The position numbers and the translations under genes are program-made. DNA of 64,000 nt from assembly GCA_964234715.1 (NCBI GenBank), contig OZ174278.1, one strand, 5' to 3'. Shown here one piece after another: positions 1 through 58,627 of the stretch (the stretch's first letter is position 1; every line of letters begins with the position of its first letter). Below the pieces are notes generated by a model. It made no database searches. It worked only from the letters and a program-made list of their open reading frames with translations, and had not been told where the DNA came from. Origin of the DNA: Podarcis melisellensis. Its lineage: Eukaryota.

Positions 1-399
1 AGCAAGGCTTCATATGCAACAGTTGTCTGCTGCTCTGATCTTCCCCCGCCCCAGCTAGGATTGCTCTGTTAGTATGTTTTTATCTACCTTTGTTAATTGA
101 ACTTGCTGTTGATTAGAATAAAAGGTTTGGAGACAGAACTAATCCCTGAACACCCTACAGGACAATTCTCAGGGGAAGAAGTGATAGTCAGCAACATTCT
201 TGCATATATACTGACTACCAAATATAACCAGATTTCTAGCTTTGCTGTATTAGGATAAGCACAACTTTGCAGGTTATAGTTTTCACCTTCCAAAAACAAA
301 CAAACAAATAGCCCCACCCCTTTTCTGAAAAGTGGGAATAATCTTAGACCTTAAGAAGAACATGTTAAAAACGCCGCTGTTCTGGGATCTTTTTAATGC

Positions 400-990
400 T
401 TGTTCGTCGCCTTCTTTTTAAAAGTTGCTTTGTCGTTTTCATAATACATAAACATAATCAAAAAGAAAAACTCCTTCCTACCCACCTTCCAAGCCCCAGT
501 TCCATTCAAATACACACAGATAATTCTCCTTCAAATAAAAGTATATTTCCATATGTCCCCGTAAGTTGCTGGTACTCCATAGCTATGTTCTTTTGTAGTT
601 GCTTAGTAAATAAAGCTGAACCATGTTTATTAAATTTGTCTGATCGTGTGTCGTTCCTTTGGTCTTCAGCTTTGTAAGTCAGTTTTCCCATTAATATCAA
701 GTCCAATACCTGCTTAAACCACATTTAAAACAAATCAGCATTTAGAGTTCTCCAGTATCAAACAGTTGTAAGGTCTTCTTCCATCGTAAGGTAAGTTACA
801 AGGTCCTTCTGAACGAGATCCATGATGTCTGTAGAGTAGATGGAACAAAGAGAAATCCTGTGGTCTATATCACTCATTTGAGCCATGATCAGTTCAGTTT
901 CCCAATAAACCTTATAATGGCCACCACATAAGAATAAAACACCCAGGCTGCAACTGTTTTTCCAGCATTGTGACAGGATGCTTTTGTTAA
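400..990 (-). mobile_element. L1-clade LINE, degenerate ORF2 C-terminal fragment
   Basis: Minus strand gives CWK..C....MWWP-like Cys-rich remnant and WFKQVLDLILMGKLTYK, with frameshifts. Confidence 0.6.
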
Positions 991-2431
991 ATTTATTAAG
1001 CAGGGAGGGTTGTTTTTTTAAAAAATAAATCCCAGATCAGCTAGGTTTTTATTTCTTAAAAAATAGGAAACACGAGTGGTTTCAGCACAATAATTGAGCT
1101 TAAAAACAAGTGAAGTAATTTACCGGTACCTTGAAGCATTAGTAAAGTGCTATTTTACTTTTAAGTAATATTAAGCAATCCTTCCAGGCCAGTGTAAGAT
1201 GCTATACCATATTGATATTGCTGCATTTCATTTAAGAAATGAAACGTTTTTTCATTGTATCTCATTCCATATAAGTTACCAAAAAAATTATAAACCACCT
1301 ACTGCATTATGTTGGTAACCGCTGATTTTGGTTGTATCTGATAGGCTTGTAAATAAATGTGCATAAGTTACACATTACCTGTATTTGGGTGCACTAAAAA
1401 TAGCAATGCAGCTTTGTTTTTAGGGTTGCAAAGCCCAACAGATTGGTTCATTGATCTATACGCATATGCTTTTTTAATTATTTAGATTCATTCCTACCCT
1501 CAAGTCTTGTTTCACATGAGCTTCTCTGGGGTTTCCAGGGCAGATATGTAAAGATAATTTGTTCCTCAGTCAATTTGGTTGATTTCTTCCTTTGTGTAAA
1601 GCTTTACTTTAGCTTTGATTCTGTTACAAAGTGCCCCCCTCCCCATTCTGCACTTAAAGAGCTCATATTGTATGATTTTATTGTTTTACTTTTTTAATTA
1701 AAACCATGGTATTGGTCCAGTTGCGTAAAATGTTTTATTGGAATGATGCTACATCTTAGTTTTTTTAACTTCATTTAACTTAATAATGACACTTATCTTT
1801 ACGTATTCTCAAACTTTAAAAATACAGTATCAAACTTTTTCATGGTTTCTTTAAAACTATGAATTAATATTAAAACATTTTGGGATACTCCTAGCCACCA
1901 CCTAGGGGTAGCATGCCTTGCATATACCATGCAACTTCGTGTCCTCTTTTCCAAAGCAACATTACAGTCTGCCTTCAAATACAGGTGGAATTTTAGGTGC
2001 ATCCAACTGATGCATAATTTCCAACGTGTGGGTCCTTTTGGACCCAGAAGAGGGCAGAATGGGGTGTGGGTGGTATGGGTAGCCAGGAATGGAACCCCCA
2101 CGTGAAATAGTTACTGCTTGTACAGGATGGCTAATGATGCACTTGAGGCATAAGCATCATGACAACATCTGTACACCCAGGCCTTTGTGCACTTCTCTAG
2201 CTCTTAACAACTTGAACGATCAAAGGACAGCATGCTGTGCTTCTGTTTTAACCACAATGTAAAACTGGGCTGAAGCTTCTTGAATTATTTTTCTGTAAAA
2301 AGTGTGTGTCTCTTTTGATGGGGTTTGAGTCATAACTTCTGGAGTGCAAATAATTGCCGATATAGTGAATCTGCCATTGATTGTTTTGTGAAACAGTGTT
2401 AGCTGATGCCACTTATTTTATTTCTGCACAG

Positions 2432-47590
<45,159 letters not shown>

Positions 47591-50500
47591 TAATACTCCA
47601 GGAAATGCTATTGCAGGGATTTTATCAGGGGGCATGGCAGTGCTGGTGATCGTGGTGGTAACTGAATTCTCAGCTTTATAAAAGGTGTGCAATATTGAAT
47701 ACGTGGAGCTACTGTTTGGTACCACACCAATAGGGATCTTGCAGTGAAATTATTAATTGCCATTCATCTAATCTCATGACAAAAGAATGTGCACTTCAGG
47801 GAGAATGAACTTTTTTGCCCTTTTCTCTCATTTTACATTCCAGCTTAGTGCACTCCTCCATCTGTATAGGCACTTTGGAGAGTTGAAAGAAATGTCTTTA
47901 GACCTGTGCCCTTATGAAAAAAAAATTTGCTGCCTAGATTTAATTTTTTTTAAAAGAAACTGTGGGGTTTATGTGAAACACTTGTATCCCTAATAAGGGT
48001 TTAAAGTTAAGTTGTATGTTTTTATTTGTTTTTTAAACTTCCATATTTGATAGGGTTTGTAATATTTATTTATGATCTACTATTGTATTGTTATAATCAT
48101 ATCTTATGTTACAATGTATAGTTATTTTGAGCTGTTTGAAACATTGTGATGCAGTGCAACAGCTACAGTAGTTTCTATAAAAACTAACATACATAGATTG
48201 CATCAGGAGTATTTTATTATATACATAAATTATATATATGAATATATATATATATATACACAGATATATATAAATGGTAAATAACTGTCTTTTTAAAAAT
48301 ATACTCATTTAAAAGAAAAGTATTGTTATGACACTATCTGCCATATTTTTATACATTTGTGATATAAAGTGCAGTATTATACTTCTAATAAAAGGGAACT
48401 GAATGTGGATTGAAGTGTGAACTGTAAGAAGTTTTACCCAACTAGTACTAGATGCAGTGTCGTTGCTGACAAACAAAATACAATAGTAATTCTCAGACTT
48501 TGCTCTTAGCTTGTTTCTGCAGGTAATGGCTTATCAAAAATGGAAACCCTTAAAGTCAATTGAAAAGTGATATATTTCCCCCTAAATGTGTGCTTAGCTT
48601 TTCCCATTACTCTTAATTGAAGATGGGCATCTGCATTATCGTGGTAGAATCCCACCTTGTTACAGTTGTCCATGCAGAAAAAGTAACCTGTAACAAGTTA
48701 ACGCAGATCCTCTTCTGTTCAATATGTGAGGTGAAGACCAAAGAGCCACAGCAGGAGTTGCAAGTGGCAAGCCAAAGTTGGCATGACTTAGCACTGTAAA
48801 TCATGGTGAAAGGTTTTAGGCCTCTATGTATTCTTTGCACTTTGCTTGAAATTGTACCGACCAGAAAGTAAAATATTGTATTTAAATGTAAGAGAGGATG
48901 TGGCACTTCTATTTTGTTTCTAAGATTTAATAAAAACTGTGACATAATATTTGAATATGGAAAGCAACACTTTTTCTGATTTTCCCCTATATCACTTATA
49001 AGAATATCTATGTGGACATTAAAGCTTCACTCTCTTCAGAGTGCTGGATCTTTTCTAATTTCCTATAGAATATTATTTTTAAAAAATCAAGTGGACTTAT
49101 AGCAGAGTGTATGTAGAGTCTAATATTCCGTTTGCTCACAATTACTATAACTCAGGAAAAAAGATAATTGGAAAAATGTTGGCCCATTATGGAGCTGGTA
49201 TAAATGAAAAAAGAATGAGACAATAGTGTCAGAACAATACATGTTTTAAGTCTTAACTCCTCAGACTTACACAACTCTTGAAAGCATAGCTTAGTCAACT
49301 AGTTGTTTTTCTAGCAGTTTACTGCTTTGTCCTCCAAAAGATTACCTGAAAAGCAGAAACTTGCTGGTTTACGCGGATATTTAGAAGTACAGACGAATGG
49401 AAGAGATGTACTCTTAGCTTTGCAGTACATTAAAGGTATATGTGAATTTTTAAAAACAGCATCAGCAGACTTCATAGCAGGAACAAAATGTTTTTCATTG
49501 CAAAAACCAAAAACTTGAGTTGGAAGGATAGTATATGTGTCTGTTTCCTATTTCGAAAACAAGTATTAGAACAATACATGAAATAATGAGTGTGTTGTGG
49601 GGAATATGAGACCGTATGATGGAGTTTGTTTAGTAACTGGGTGTCAATTTGATTAATAGAGTATCTATCTTCTAACAGTCTCCTTCACCCACCAACTGCC
49701 AAATTGGCCTTACTATTTGTTTTGAGACTGCAGCTCTGAGCAGTACTGTCTGCGTTACACTAGTTGTAGCTGTTTAATTATTGCTATACCCCATTTTGAT
49801 TACTAATACTTATTACACTGCAGGCAATTTGCACACACAATTTTTTGTAATGCTATTTCTAGCTCGTGTGTGGAAGCCCTCTGCCTTGAAAAGATTTAGC
49901 ATCAAAGTTAAGTATATCAGAAAATCATTAATTGTATTGTTGCATTTAAAATTAGTATTGCCATTTTCAAGGATAAACCTGAAAGTATCTGTCTGACTTT
50001 CAGGAGAGAGTGAAGAAATCAAAAAAATTTCTCTTTTTGTTAAAAACTGTACATCATGCTTGAACACACACAGTTTCCAATCTGTTAATATAAAGAGTAA
50101 GTCTTATTTCAAAAGCCTTGCACTTAATTTGGTTTATGTAGCCAACTTGTAATATGTTAGACTTGTAAATATGCTAAGACATCCAAAAATCTTATTAGGC
50201 TAATGGAGATTTGCTAGCATCAGAAGAAGAGCAAAGCCTATTACACATTAAACTATTATTCAAGTGTGAGCTTTTCTCTTCGCTGAGATTAGAAAAGTAA
50301 TTTGCTGTACTCTCTGTAGCTTTACCAAGGATAGAGCAGCTAAACTTAGGTATGTGTTTTGCTCTCTGATGGTATTCCTAGTGTAAAATAATCAGTGTCA
50401 TGTATACTACTGGAAGGCAGCATACATTTTCCTGTGGGATTGTAGGGATATTTTAAATAGGGAAAATAAAACCTTGATATATTTAACAATATCTGTGGAA

Positions 50501-51989
50501 CAAATCTTTGATACTTTTGCAAAATTGTCCATTCAATAGCATTTCGTTTGAAAGTGCCCATATTCCAATAAAATGCATCAAAACCGGCCTAAACAGTTTA
50601 TTGAAAGTAGAATTTGGTTTCCAAATTGTAAACATGCTGCTGAGATTTTTATTTTGGTAAACGTTGATGATAGTAAAAAGAGAAGCAAGTTAAATGTGGG
50701 GAACAAGCATATTTTTAAGGTTTTTTTTAAAAAAAATGTAAGTTGTTTTTAAAATTTGAAAGATTACCGAGATTTATGACTGAGATCTAGCTTGTTTAGT
50801 GCAAGAGGTTTGAGAGCTGACATTACACAAGCATAAATGGACAAGCTTAACTGTGACCAACTATAATAATAATGGCAGTTGAGTTCAGTTATCCTCAAGC
50901 ATCAAGCACCCACTGGATTTGGCTGTTGCATTACGCTGCTAATGAGACCCCTACTAGCAGACTGGCTTGTCACGTGAGCAGGTTGCCACAATTGGATATC
51001 TCCCTTTTTAAAAAGAAAAGAAAACAAAACGCACTACTTTGAGCAACAGACAAGATCACTGGGGAAGGGCAATGGCAGTCACTCCTTGTTTCTTGGATTT
51101 GGCATACATTTATTACAAGCATTTCAACCCAGTACTTTATAACATCAGCCCAAGATCAGGAGGTATGGTTTTCAGGTGTGTTTTTTAAAAAACCATGTTC
51201 TGTTTTTAAACTCCTATATCAGAAGGCTTCCCATATAAATCCCCAAATAGTATTGTGATCAGCCTCCCGCTCCTGATTCGTAACTATTTTTTAAAATATA
51301 TATATATAAGAAATCATTTATGTCCTAGAAGAGAAGTATTGATACAGTCTTTAGTGTTTCATTTGGCTTTTGTATAGAAAACACAGTTATTAAAATGTTC
51401 TCTCTTCCATTCTGCCATGCCCCCCACACCACAAAAGTATGAGTAATACACTGTTTCCAGCTGCCTTAAATATATCCAACTCTTATTTTTTACACTGCAT
51501 GGTAATTCAGCTAAAACTGAAGGCATTTGTAAAATAACCAACAGAGAGGAACCAGGAATCCAAATATTTTATGGCTCCTTAAAATACCAAATTGAATTAT
51601 GACCGAGAGCAAATGTAAAATTGGCAGAGAACAGGTAGTCACAGTTCTATTTGAGTATTGGACTAGTGTTTGTTAGTTTTGCTCTGAGGTAGAATAATAA
51701 AACTTAGTCAGACTTTTGCCTAAAACACTCTCAACTGAGAATGTGAATGTGTAGCCTGACTCTTGCATAACAGTAATGCTATGATACGTTTTTGTGTATT
51801 TGTTTTGTGTGGTGGCGCAACTATTCAGGCATTAGATGAACATGCACAGGGAGTGTACAATGGTTCTGTCTTATAGTGCAGTTATTTGAGCTAGGCTTGG
51901 TGTATGTTGCAAGGAAAGCATATTACAGTAGTCTTCAATAAACATTCAAACAATATTAAAGTATCTCTGAAATTAAGATTATTTTAGAA

Positions 51990-52125
51990 CAGCCTTCCTC
52001 AACCTGATTCCATTCAGATGTTTTAGAGTACACATCCCATCATTCCTGATGATTGGCCTTGCTTTTCTGGAGCTGACGAGAATTGTAGGCCTCAACATCT
52101 AGAAGACACCAGGTTGAGGAAATGT
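51990..52125. mobile_element. Old palindromic hAT-type MITE in the CDKL5 3' UTR
   Basis: ttcctcaacctg...caggttgaggaa arms; flanks ttttagaa/ttctagaa. Confidence 0.7.
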
Positions 52126-52909
52126 TCTAGAAGAAAAGGTGCCTTTCCGTATCCAAATTCATTCTCCTGTTATTTTTTATTATGCTAGCTGGCTTACACA
52201 TGAGAATTAGTAGCAGATAAGGACAAAAGCCATTTTTCCTAGTGTCTAGTATAATCCAGCTGCTTTTTAAGAACTTTTAATACAACACAGTTGCATCCAG
52301 ACAAATTATCAAAATAAATTAATGTATCATTATTTCCCAGTGAATTCTCTTCATTCAGCTACCGTAACAACAGTGTGAGAGCCTTTCCTCACATGTCCGC
52401 GTGTGTCTGCTCACACAAACTCGCTTATCAATATTCTGCATTATAGAATAAAAGTACCATGAAAACAAAACTGACCAGTTTATTAACAAAATCCTTAAAT
52501 AAATTTTATATGTTAGCTGAACACAGTTCCATTTACTTTTAAGAGTAATGAATAAAAGTTGACGTCACTCGCTTCAACATAGCGGTGTAGAAGATTTGCC
52601 CACTCCTATGAAGTTTACCATTAAATGAGCAGCGCTTCTGGAAAATGTCGATTAAGTTCATTCAGCCAAATAAAGGTGACCAAGCTATCTTAAACAAGCT
52701 GCTGCAATACAGTACCATTGCTTCTTGTGGCTGTTCATAGAGCATGTTTACTGAATGTATAGCTAAATAGTTGTACACAGTTGTTGTTTGCTAGGACATT
52801 GCTCGACACAGAACTTTTCAGTTGCCTCTCTTGGTCAGTTAATTACAAATTATAATACGGTGTTTCCTTTACTTTTTTTTTGAAGAGTACGGTCTTTCGG
52901 GGTTTTGGT

Positions 52910-53054
52910 CAGGAATGGGGAACCTGTGGCCCTCCAGATGTTGTTGAACTACAACTCCCATCAACCCTGGCCAAATTCCAGCATGACCAATGATCAGGAA
53001 TTATGACAGTTGCAGTCCAGCACCATCTGAAGAGCCACAAGTTCCCCATACCTG
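52910..53054. mobile_element. Palindromic hAT-type MITE in the CDKL5 3' UTR
   Basis: CAGGAATGGGGAAC...GTTCCCCATACCTG; core cctccagatgttgttgaactacaactccca. Confidence 0.82.
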
Positions 53055-54328
53055 TTTTTAGACAGTGCTTATATTAATTTTAAGCTGCTCAGTGCATGCC
53101 CATTGTTAAATTGCTTAAAGGTCTTCCTTTATTTCTTTATGCTGGATTGCCCTTTTTGTTTTGTTTTTCGCTCCGGAGACGGACGGACATGAAAATATCT
53201 AATTTCCCATTCTGAAACAGTTGTTAGACCATTGTTAGATTTTGTCCAGGATGTTCATTTGCTCATTTATTTGCTAGATTATCCGAGACTTGCATTTTTA
53301 ACTCTCATCATATTCCAGCATAACCATTATCTTAAAATATGCTTTAAAAAACAAACAAACCACAAAAATTTAGTCCACAGGACATAATGTGGAAAATACA
53401 TCATGTGGGGTTATTATTTTTGAAGAGTCGGTAAAATGCATGGTGGCTTAAGAAATGTATGGAGCATCACAATTTAATATTTGCAAATAGAATCACCTGA
53501 GATGTGTGCTAATTCTAAGATTGCAAAATATACATTGCTGTAATGAATTCTAGTGGGAGGACTTAGAGTTCATAAGTGGCGGGAAATCTACCCCCTTTAG
53601 ATTCTTTTTCTCCAACCTCAGTGTTAGAAGAATTAAAGTGAAGGACATACTAATTCCATAGTAGTACATTTTGACCTATAAATTCAGGTTCTCTGGAGAA
53701 GGGGAAAAAATGCCAAATAGAGATCTTCAGGGGGAAATAGCTTTGGCTATTTAATATATTTAAAAATCCAGGACTGCTGAGATCTCCACTGTCAAAATAT
53801 TGAATAAGAATTGTAGATGAAAAAATAGGGGAGAGGAAAATTAATAGCTTTAGGAAAGTCAAGGTAAACCCAAAAGATCTACCGGTAAATAAAAAGGCGG
53901 ATTTCTTGGCTTTTGAAGCGTTATAGGTAAAGATTACCCACTTTCACTATCCCTTTTTTAGAAAATCTCAGATGCGCAAACTTAAAATCAACCTTGCTTT
54001 CTGTTATGAAAAAGACGTTATGTAAATCTTTGAATTAAAACTGATTTTGAAAATATGTTGGGTATTTGAAGATTTCATTCCAAGTTAATAAACCATCTGT
54101 AAAGTGTTTATAGAACTCTTTGTATCATGTTGTGCTTACACCGTATCAGATTGTTTTCAGGCATGTATTCCATTTTTAACTCCTGTATAATTTTTATTGT
54201 TTATGTAAATAGTATGAGAAAGAGAGACAGAAATGATCCTATGTTTAATCTTTAATTATCAGCATGGGAATTATTCATTTTTACTGAGCACAATGTATTT
54301 TTGAATGGGCCTTCCAAAACATGTCTTT

Positions 54329-54334
54329 AATAAA
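54329..54334 (+). terminator. Candidate distal polyadenylation signal of CDKL5
   Basis: AATAAA preceded by U-rich and UGUA-containing sequence. Proximal candidates also occur at 48387 and 48929. Confidence 0.55.
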
Positions 54335-55094
54335 AATGCAGGTTTTGCACTAGAAAACTGAGGTTGTCATCCCTCCTGTCCTCCAAAGCATTTCGTGCAT
54401 CTGTAGTAAGTTTCCTTCAGCCTGCTGATCTTTTATTTACCCTTCTGTGCTTAGCTTTTTTTTGAACCTCTAGCTCCTTGAATGTATTTGCCAAGAAATA
54501 TTTTTGACTTGTCTGAAACATTTAAATGATACCAGTTTATGTACATTACTTTTGAGTTCAAATAGTACCTGTTTTATCTCAAATAGACAGTGACCTGCTT
54601 TTGGACATAGCCATATAGCTGACATAATATGCCAGTGTTCCTTTTACATCTTTGTCCCATGGGGTCACTGAGCTACAGAGGTCACTAGAAGAATCTATCC
54701 TGGACAAGAATATCATTTTTCTCTCTGCTTCATTCCAGAACAGCCCACAAGTGTTTCATCTACTTTATTACTATGATCTTATAATTTCCGCAAGCAGAAA
54801 AATTGCCAAGAGAACAGCAAGAAGTGTACAGATACATGTCAGCATCAGAATACTAGTGTTCTTCTTAATTAAACTGACTTCTTTGGTTTATGTATGGCAA
54901 GGCCTAGAGCTAACCATGAATCTCAGATGAGCAAGTCACAGTAGGCCTATTCACACATGTACAGGTGGGTCTGTGTGTGTCCCATTAGCCCAGCCATAGC
55001 CAGTGTCCTTATGTTGTGCAAGGTGTGCAAAAAGGAGCACCTATATGTGTACAGTTGTATTTCCATGGGTACATTTTTTCATTCAACATGTGGA

Positions 55095-55345
55095 TAAGAA
55101 CCTAAGAGCCTTCTGGAGCTGGCCAGTGGCCCGCCTAGTCCAGTATCCTGTTCTCACAGTGGTGAACTAGTTTCCCATAGGAAGGCTACAATCGGAACCT
55201 GAGCACAATAGCGCTCACTACTGGCAGTTCCCAGCAGTGGATATTCAAAGACCTACTACCTCCCATAGTGGAGATAGGACATAGCCACTGATAGCCTCCT
55301 CTTCCAGGAATTCATTTACTCTTATAGCCATCCAAGATGGGACCA
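55095..55345 (-). mobile_element. CR1-type 3' end
   Basis: taagaacctaagag...ctagtccagtatcctgttctcacagtgg; similar ends at 25040-25135 and 26350-26490. Confidence 0.6.
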
Positions 55346-56704
55346 TCACCAGGACAACATCAGGAGCGGGGTATGTTCCTGTTTCCCTCCACACATTAGT
55401 GTGAAGCATATGTAAACACAGCTTAACTTACTGCCCAGCTTCAAAGATGGTTGTGTAGGAAAAATCAGAGGACTGTCAAACACTAGTCCAGGCTTGGGCT
55501 TAATGTTCACAATTCCTTTTCTGTATCTAGGAGAGCCTTTTGTTCTCAATATTTTCCTCATCTCTTTGTCATCCTCTGCTTCATTGAGAAACAACTATTG
55601 CTCTCAATATTGGTTTGGAAATGTTTGTCAGCTGATGTATGCTCACTGATTCTGTGTTTCTAACAGATGAGCCAATTGCTGTGTTGCATATTAAACCATG
55701 TACCGGTAGTTCAAAATCTTGATAACTGCCATTCCAAATGGTATAATCATGGTCAGCAGTTTGTGCTCCACATCATTTCAATCATTTGGATATACAGTAT
55801 GTTTGAAGTTTTCCATTTCCTTTAGGTGTCTCTATTGCTTGTTGCCATCACTTTTGGGGGATTTTGGAGTGTTTAATAAAATGCATTAACCTGGGGTGAC
55901 AGATTTCCAGTGCAGCATTTAGAGAATTCCTCCTTTGCAAATGTCTTACAGAAAGAAATACCCACCTTTTGTCCTCTATAAATGGCGCTGGATGCAGATG
56001 CTTCTGTTCCATAACGATTTCTTGCTTTCTAATTTGACTCCACACACCTACTTGGCTGCCAGTTACTGAAGACAATAAAATAAATGGATGATATGAGCAC
56101 ACACCGAAAAGCCAAGTCTATCCTAGGAGCAGCTGTGTGTGAGAGATAGAATTTGGAGCTTCTGTGTTGACCTTTTCAGTAACAAGAAGAGTGAGATCTC
56201 AGTGTATCTGTGAAAACTGGAAGGAGGCAAATATGAGTTGGTGCCTGATAATCTGCTCTCTAGGAACATTGGGCTTCCCCAAGTCTGCAACCAGAGTTTC
56301 CTTTTCACTGGAGATATTGGGAACTGAACCTGAGACCTTCTGCATGTAAAGCATGAGTTCCACCACTGCACTTAGGTCACCCTATCAGAATGTGAATTGT
56401 GATAGGAACTAGGATTCTATTGATGCCCATAGAAATGCACTGGTCTCATGGATATTCATTAGACAGAGTACTGAGGGGGTAGGTAGCACTAGCAGCACTC
56501 CTGAGCCTCTTGGCCATTCCTTTCTGTAGGAGATCAGAGCTGTATGTCCTACACAACCTGTCAGTCTCTCCCTAAACTTGCCTGCTGCCTTTCAATGCTG
56601 AAGAGGATGCTATTCCATTGCCAGTGTTGAAGTAATATTCAACTGCTGGTCAGTTGAGCTGCATACTGGCTTCACACCCTCCCACTTTCTGCCTGCCTGC
56701 CTGT

Positions 56705-56975
56705 GAGAGCCAGTGTGGTGTAGTGATTAAGAGCAGTAGATTTGTAATCTGGGGAACTGGGTTCGCATCTCCGCTCCTCCACATGCAGCTGCTGGGTGAC
56801 CTTGGGTTAGTCACACTTCTCTGAAGTCTCTCAGCCCCACTCACCTCACAGAGTGTTTGTTGTGGGGGAGGAAGGGAAAGGAGAATGTTAGCCGCTTTGA
56901 GACTCCTTTGGGTAGTGATAAAGCGGGATATCAAATCCAAACTCCACCACCTCCTCCTCCTCCTCCTCCTTCCCC
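56705..56975 (+). mobile_element. tRNA-derived squamate SINE (Squam3-like)
   Basis: GAGAGCCAGTGTGGTGTAGTG (A box), GGTTCGCATCT (B box), body and (CTC)n tail. Confidence 0.85.
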
Positions 56976-56989
56976 TTCTCCCTGCCCCT

Positions 56990-57100
56990 GAGACCACTTC
57001 ACTTAACGTCCATCCTGATGAGTTCTGGAGAAAGCTTGGTCACTGTTTTCTGACATTTTGGTTAGTCCTAATAAAAGTATTGCCTGTGGATTTTGGAATC
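56990..57100 (+). mobile_element. Penelope-like element terminal remnant
   Basis: cCTGATGAgttctggaGAAAGCTT...ttggttagtcctAATAAA. Confidence 0.5.
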
Positions 57101-57163
57101 CATCTATGTCTGGCATGTTTTGAGCTAGTTTCTCCCACTATTGTGAAACTTTCTAGTTATATG

Positions 57164-57320
57164 CAGTGCCTTTTTTCTAAAAAAAAAAAAGTTTAGGGGT
57201 ACTCTCATTTTCTTACTCATATTGAAATACCACCCCTCAATAAGGCCAAACTTAGATTAAAAAAATATTTAGGGGTATGCATACCCCTGCGTACCGCCCC
57301 CCCTCGGAAAAAAAGCACTG
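57164..57320. mobile_element. hAT MITE
   Basis: TIR CAGTGC(C)TTTTTT...AAAAAAGCACTG; perfect 8-bp TSD GTTATATG; inverted relative of 25146-25321. Confidence 0.92.
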
Positions 57321-58627
57321 GTTATATGTTTCTTCATTTTAAAACAACAGCTAGCATTGCCTATATATTCAGGTTGAATAACTGATTGTATTTTTATCTC
57401 CACATTGCTTGTGCTTTATGGGGAAGCCTATTAAGATGAGCCCTTTAATCATAGCAAATAAGCTTCCATCTTTTCTGGAAGCTTTATATGCAAAATCTTC
57501 TGCAGGTATGGCTATGTGCTTATTTCAAGCTTCTTCCTACACTTTTCCTGAGATGACTGTCACAGCACTTTTTAATCAGTCTCAATGGTAGATGATAAAT
57601 ATGTTCTGTATGGCATTTCACTGGAGCTAATACTTCTTGACACCAACATGAAAATGCAGTTCAGCTTCAACTTTCCAGCCCCACTTTTTGACATTTTCTG
57701 CAAGCTGTGTTCCTTTCCTAGATTTCCTCACACATATGCTGTTTTGGTGCTTTATAGGCTATTTTAATCTCTTTCTCCATAATGCATTTGCTCTTGTATC
57801 AAGAAAAGAACTGAGGCTTCTAGGTGCTTAGAAGATGAGAATGTTATGTGGTCTTGGCAAGCACAAGTCTGTGGGAAGGTAGTTTCTACTTTGAAATGAG
57901 TGCCCATTTTGAGCCAATAAGCATATGAGGTAGACTGCCATTATCTGTAGTGCACAGTATCATGTATACCACCAGCTCTTCCTGCGGACACCTGGATACA
58001 TTGGGAGAAAACCAATGATAAATTATGCACAATATATGCTTTTTTTTTTTTGCACTGCATGAATGGAGAACTGAATTGCAAACTTCAGAAAGGTTGGCTC
58101 TTTTCCAGTTCACACATTGTTTTGGAATGTGCAAATATGGTAAGTTTACCTTTAAATGTGAACCGAAATGAATTTCTGTCTAATATCTAGTGTTGGCTCA
58201 GATGAATAAAACATGATTGGTTACCTACAGCAACTTACTTTCTATATTTGGGTGCCATAATCCCAATGCTATTGGGGGGAAAGGTCTGTGTCATATAAGT
58301 GTATATATTTCCCTCCTCAGATACCTATCTTTAGAAACCCACAGCTGCTGCTTTTATTGCTCTATGTTACCTCTCTCTTCCTCCCTCTCTACACCAGCCA
58401 TAGATGATTTAACCTGAAATTCTGTAGCCCTTACATGGGAGTAACTTCTCAGTAGCCTTTTTATGATTTTATTCCGAGGGAGGAAAGCTCCCTGTATGTG
58501 TGCAATTGGATTTTATGAAAACTGTGTCAGTAGGTGGCCAACTTCCCAGCCACCTGGGAGCTGCTAGCAGGGACAGGCGAGTGGACATGTACTGTATTTC
58601 CTTGTTTCTGTTATGGTATTTTTCTTC

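Larger units (their letters stand above)
47591..54350 (+). other. CDKL5: Probable long CDKL5 3' UTR (~6.7 kb)
   Basis: Repeat-poor, AU-rich stretch after the stop codon; AATAAA at 54329; length similar to the ~6.6 kb mammalian UTR. The end point is inferred. Confidence 0.6.

Noticed and set aside
56290-56375. tRNA-like sequence on the minus strand (also the SINE heads at 56705 and 61291)
   Set aside because: Degenerate A/B-box SINE heads with no complete cloverleaf; not tRNA genes.
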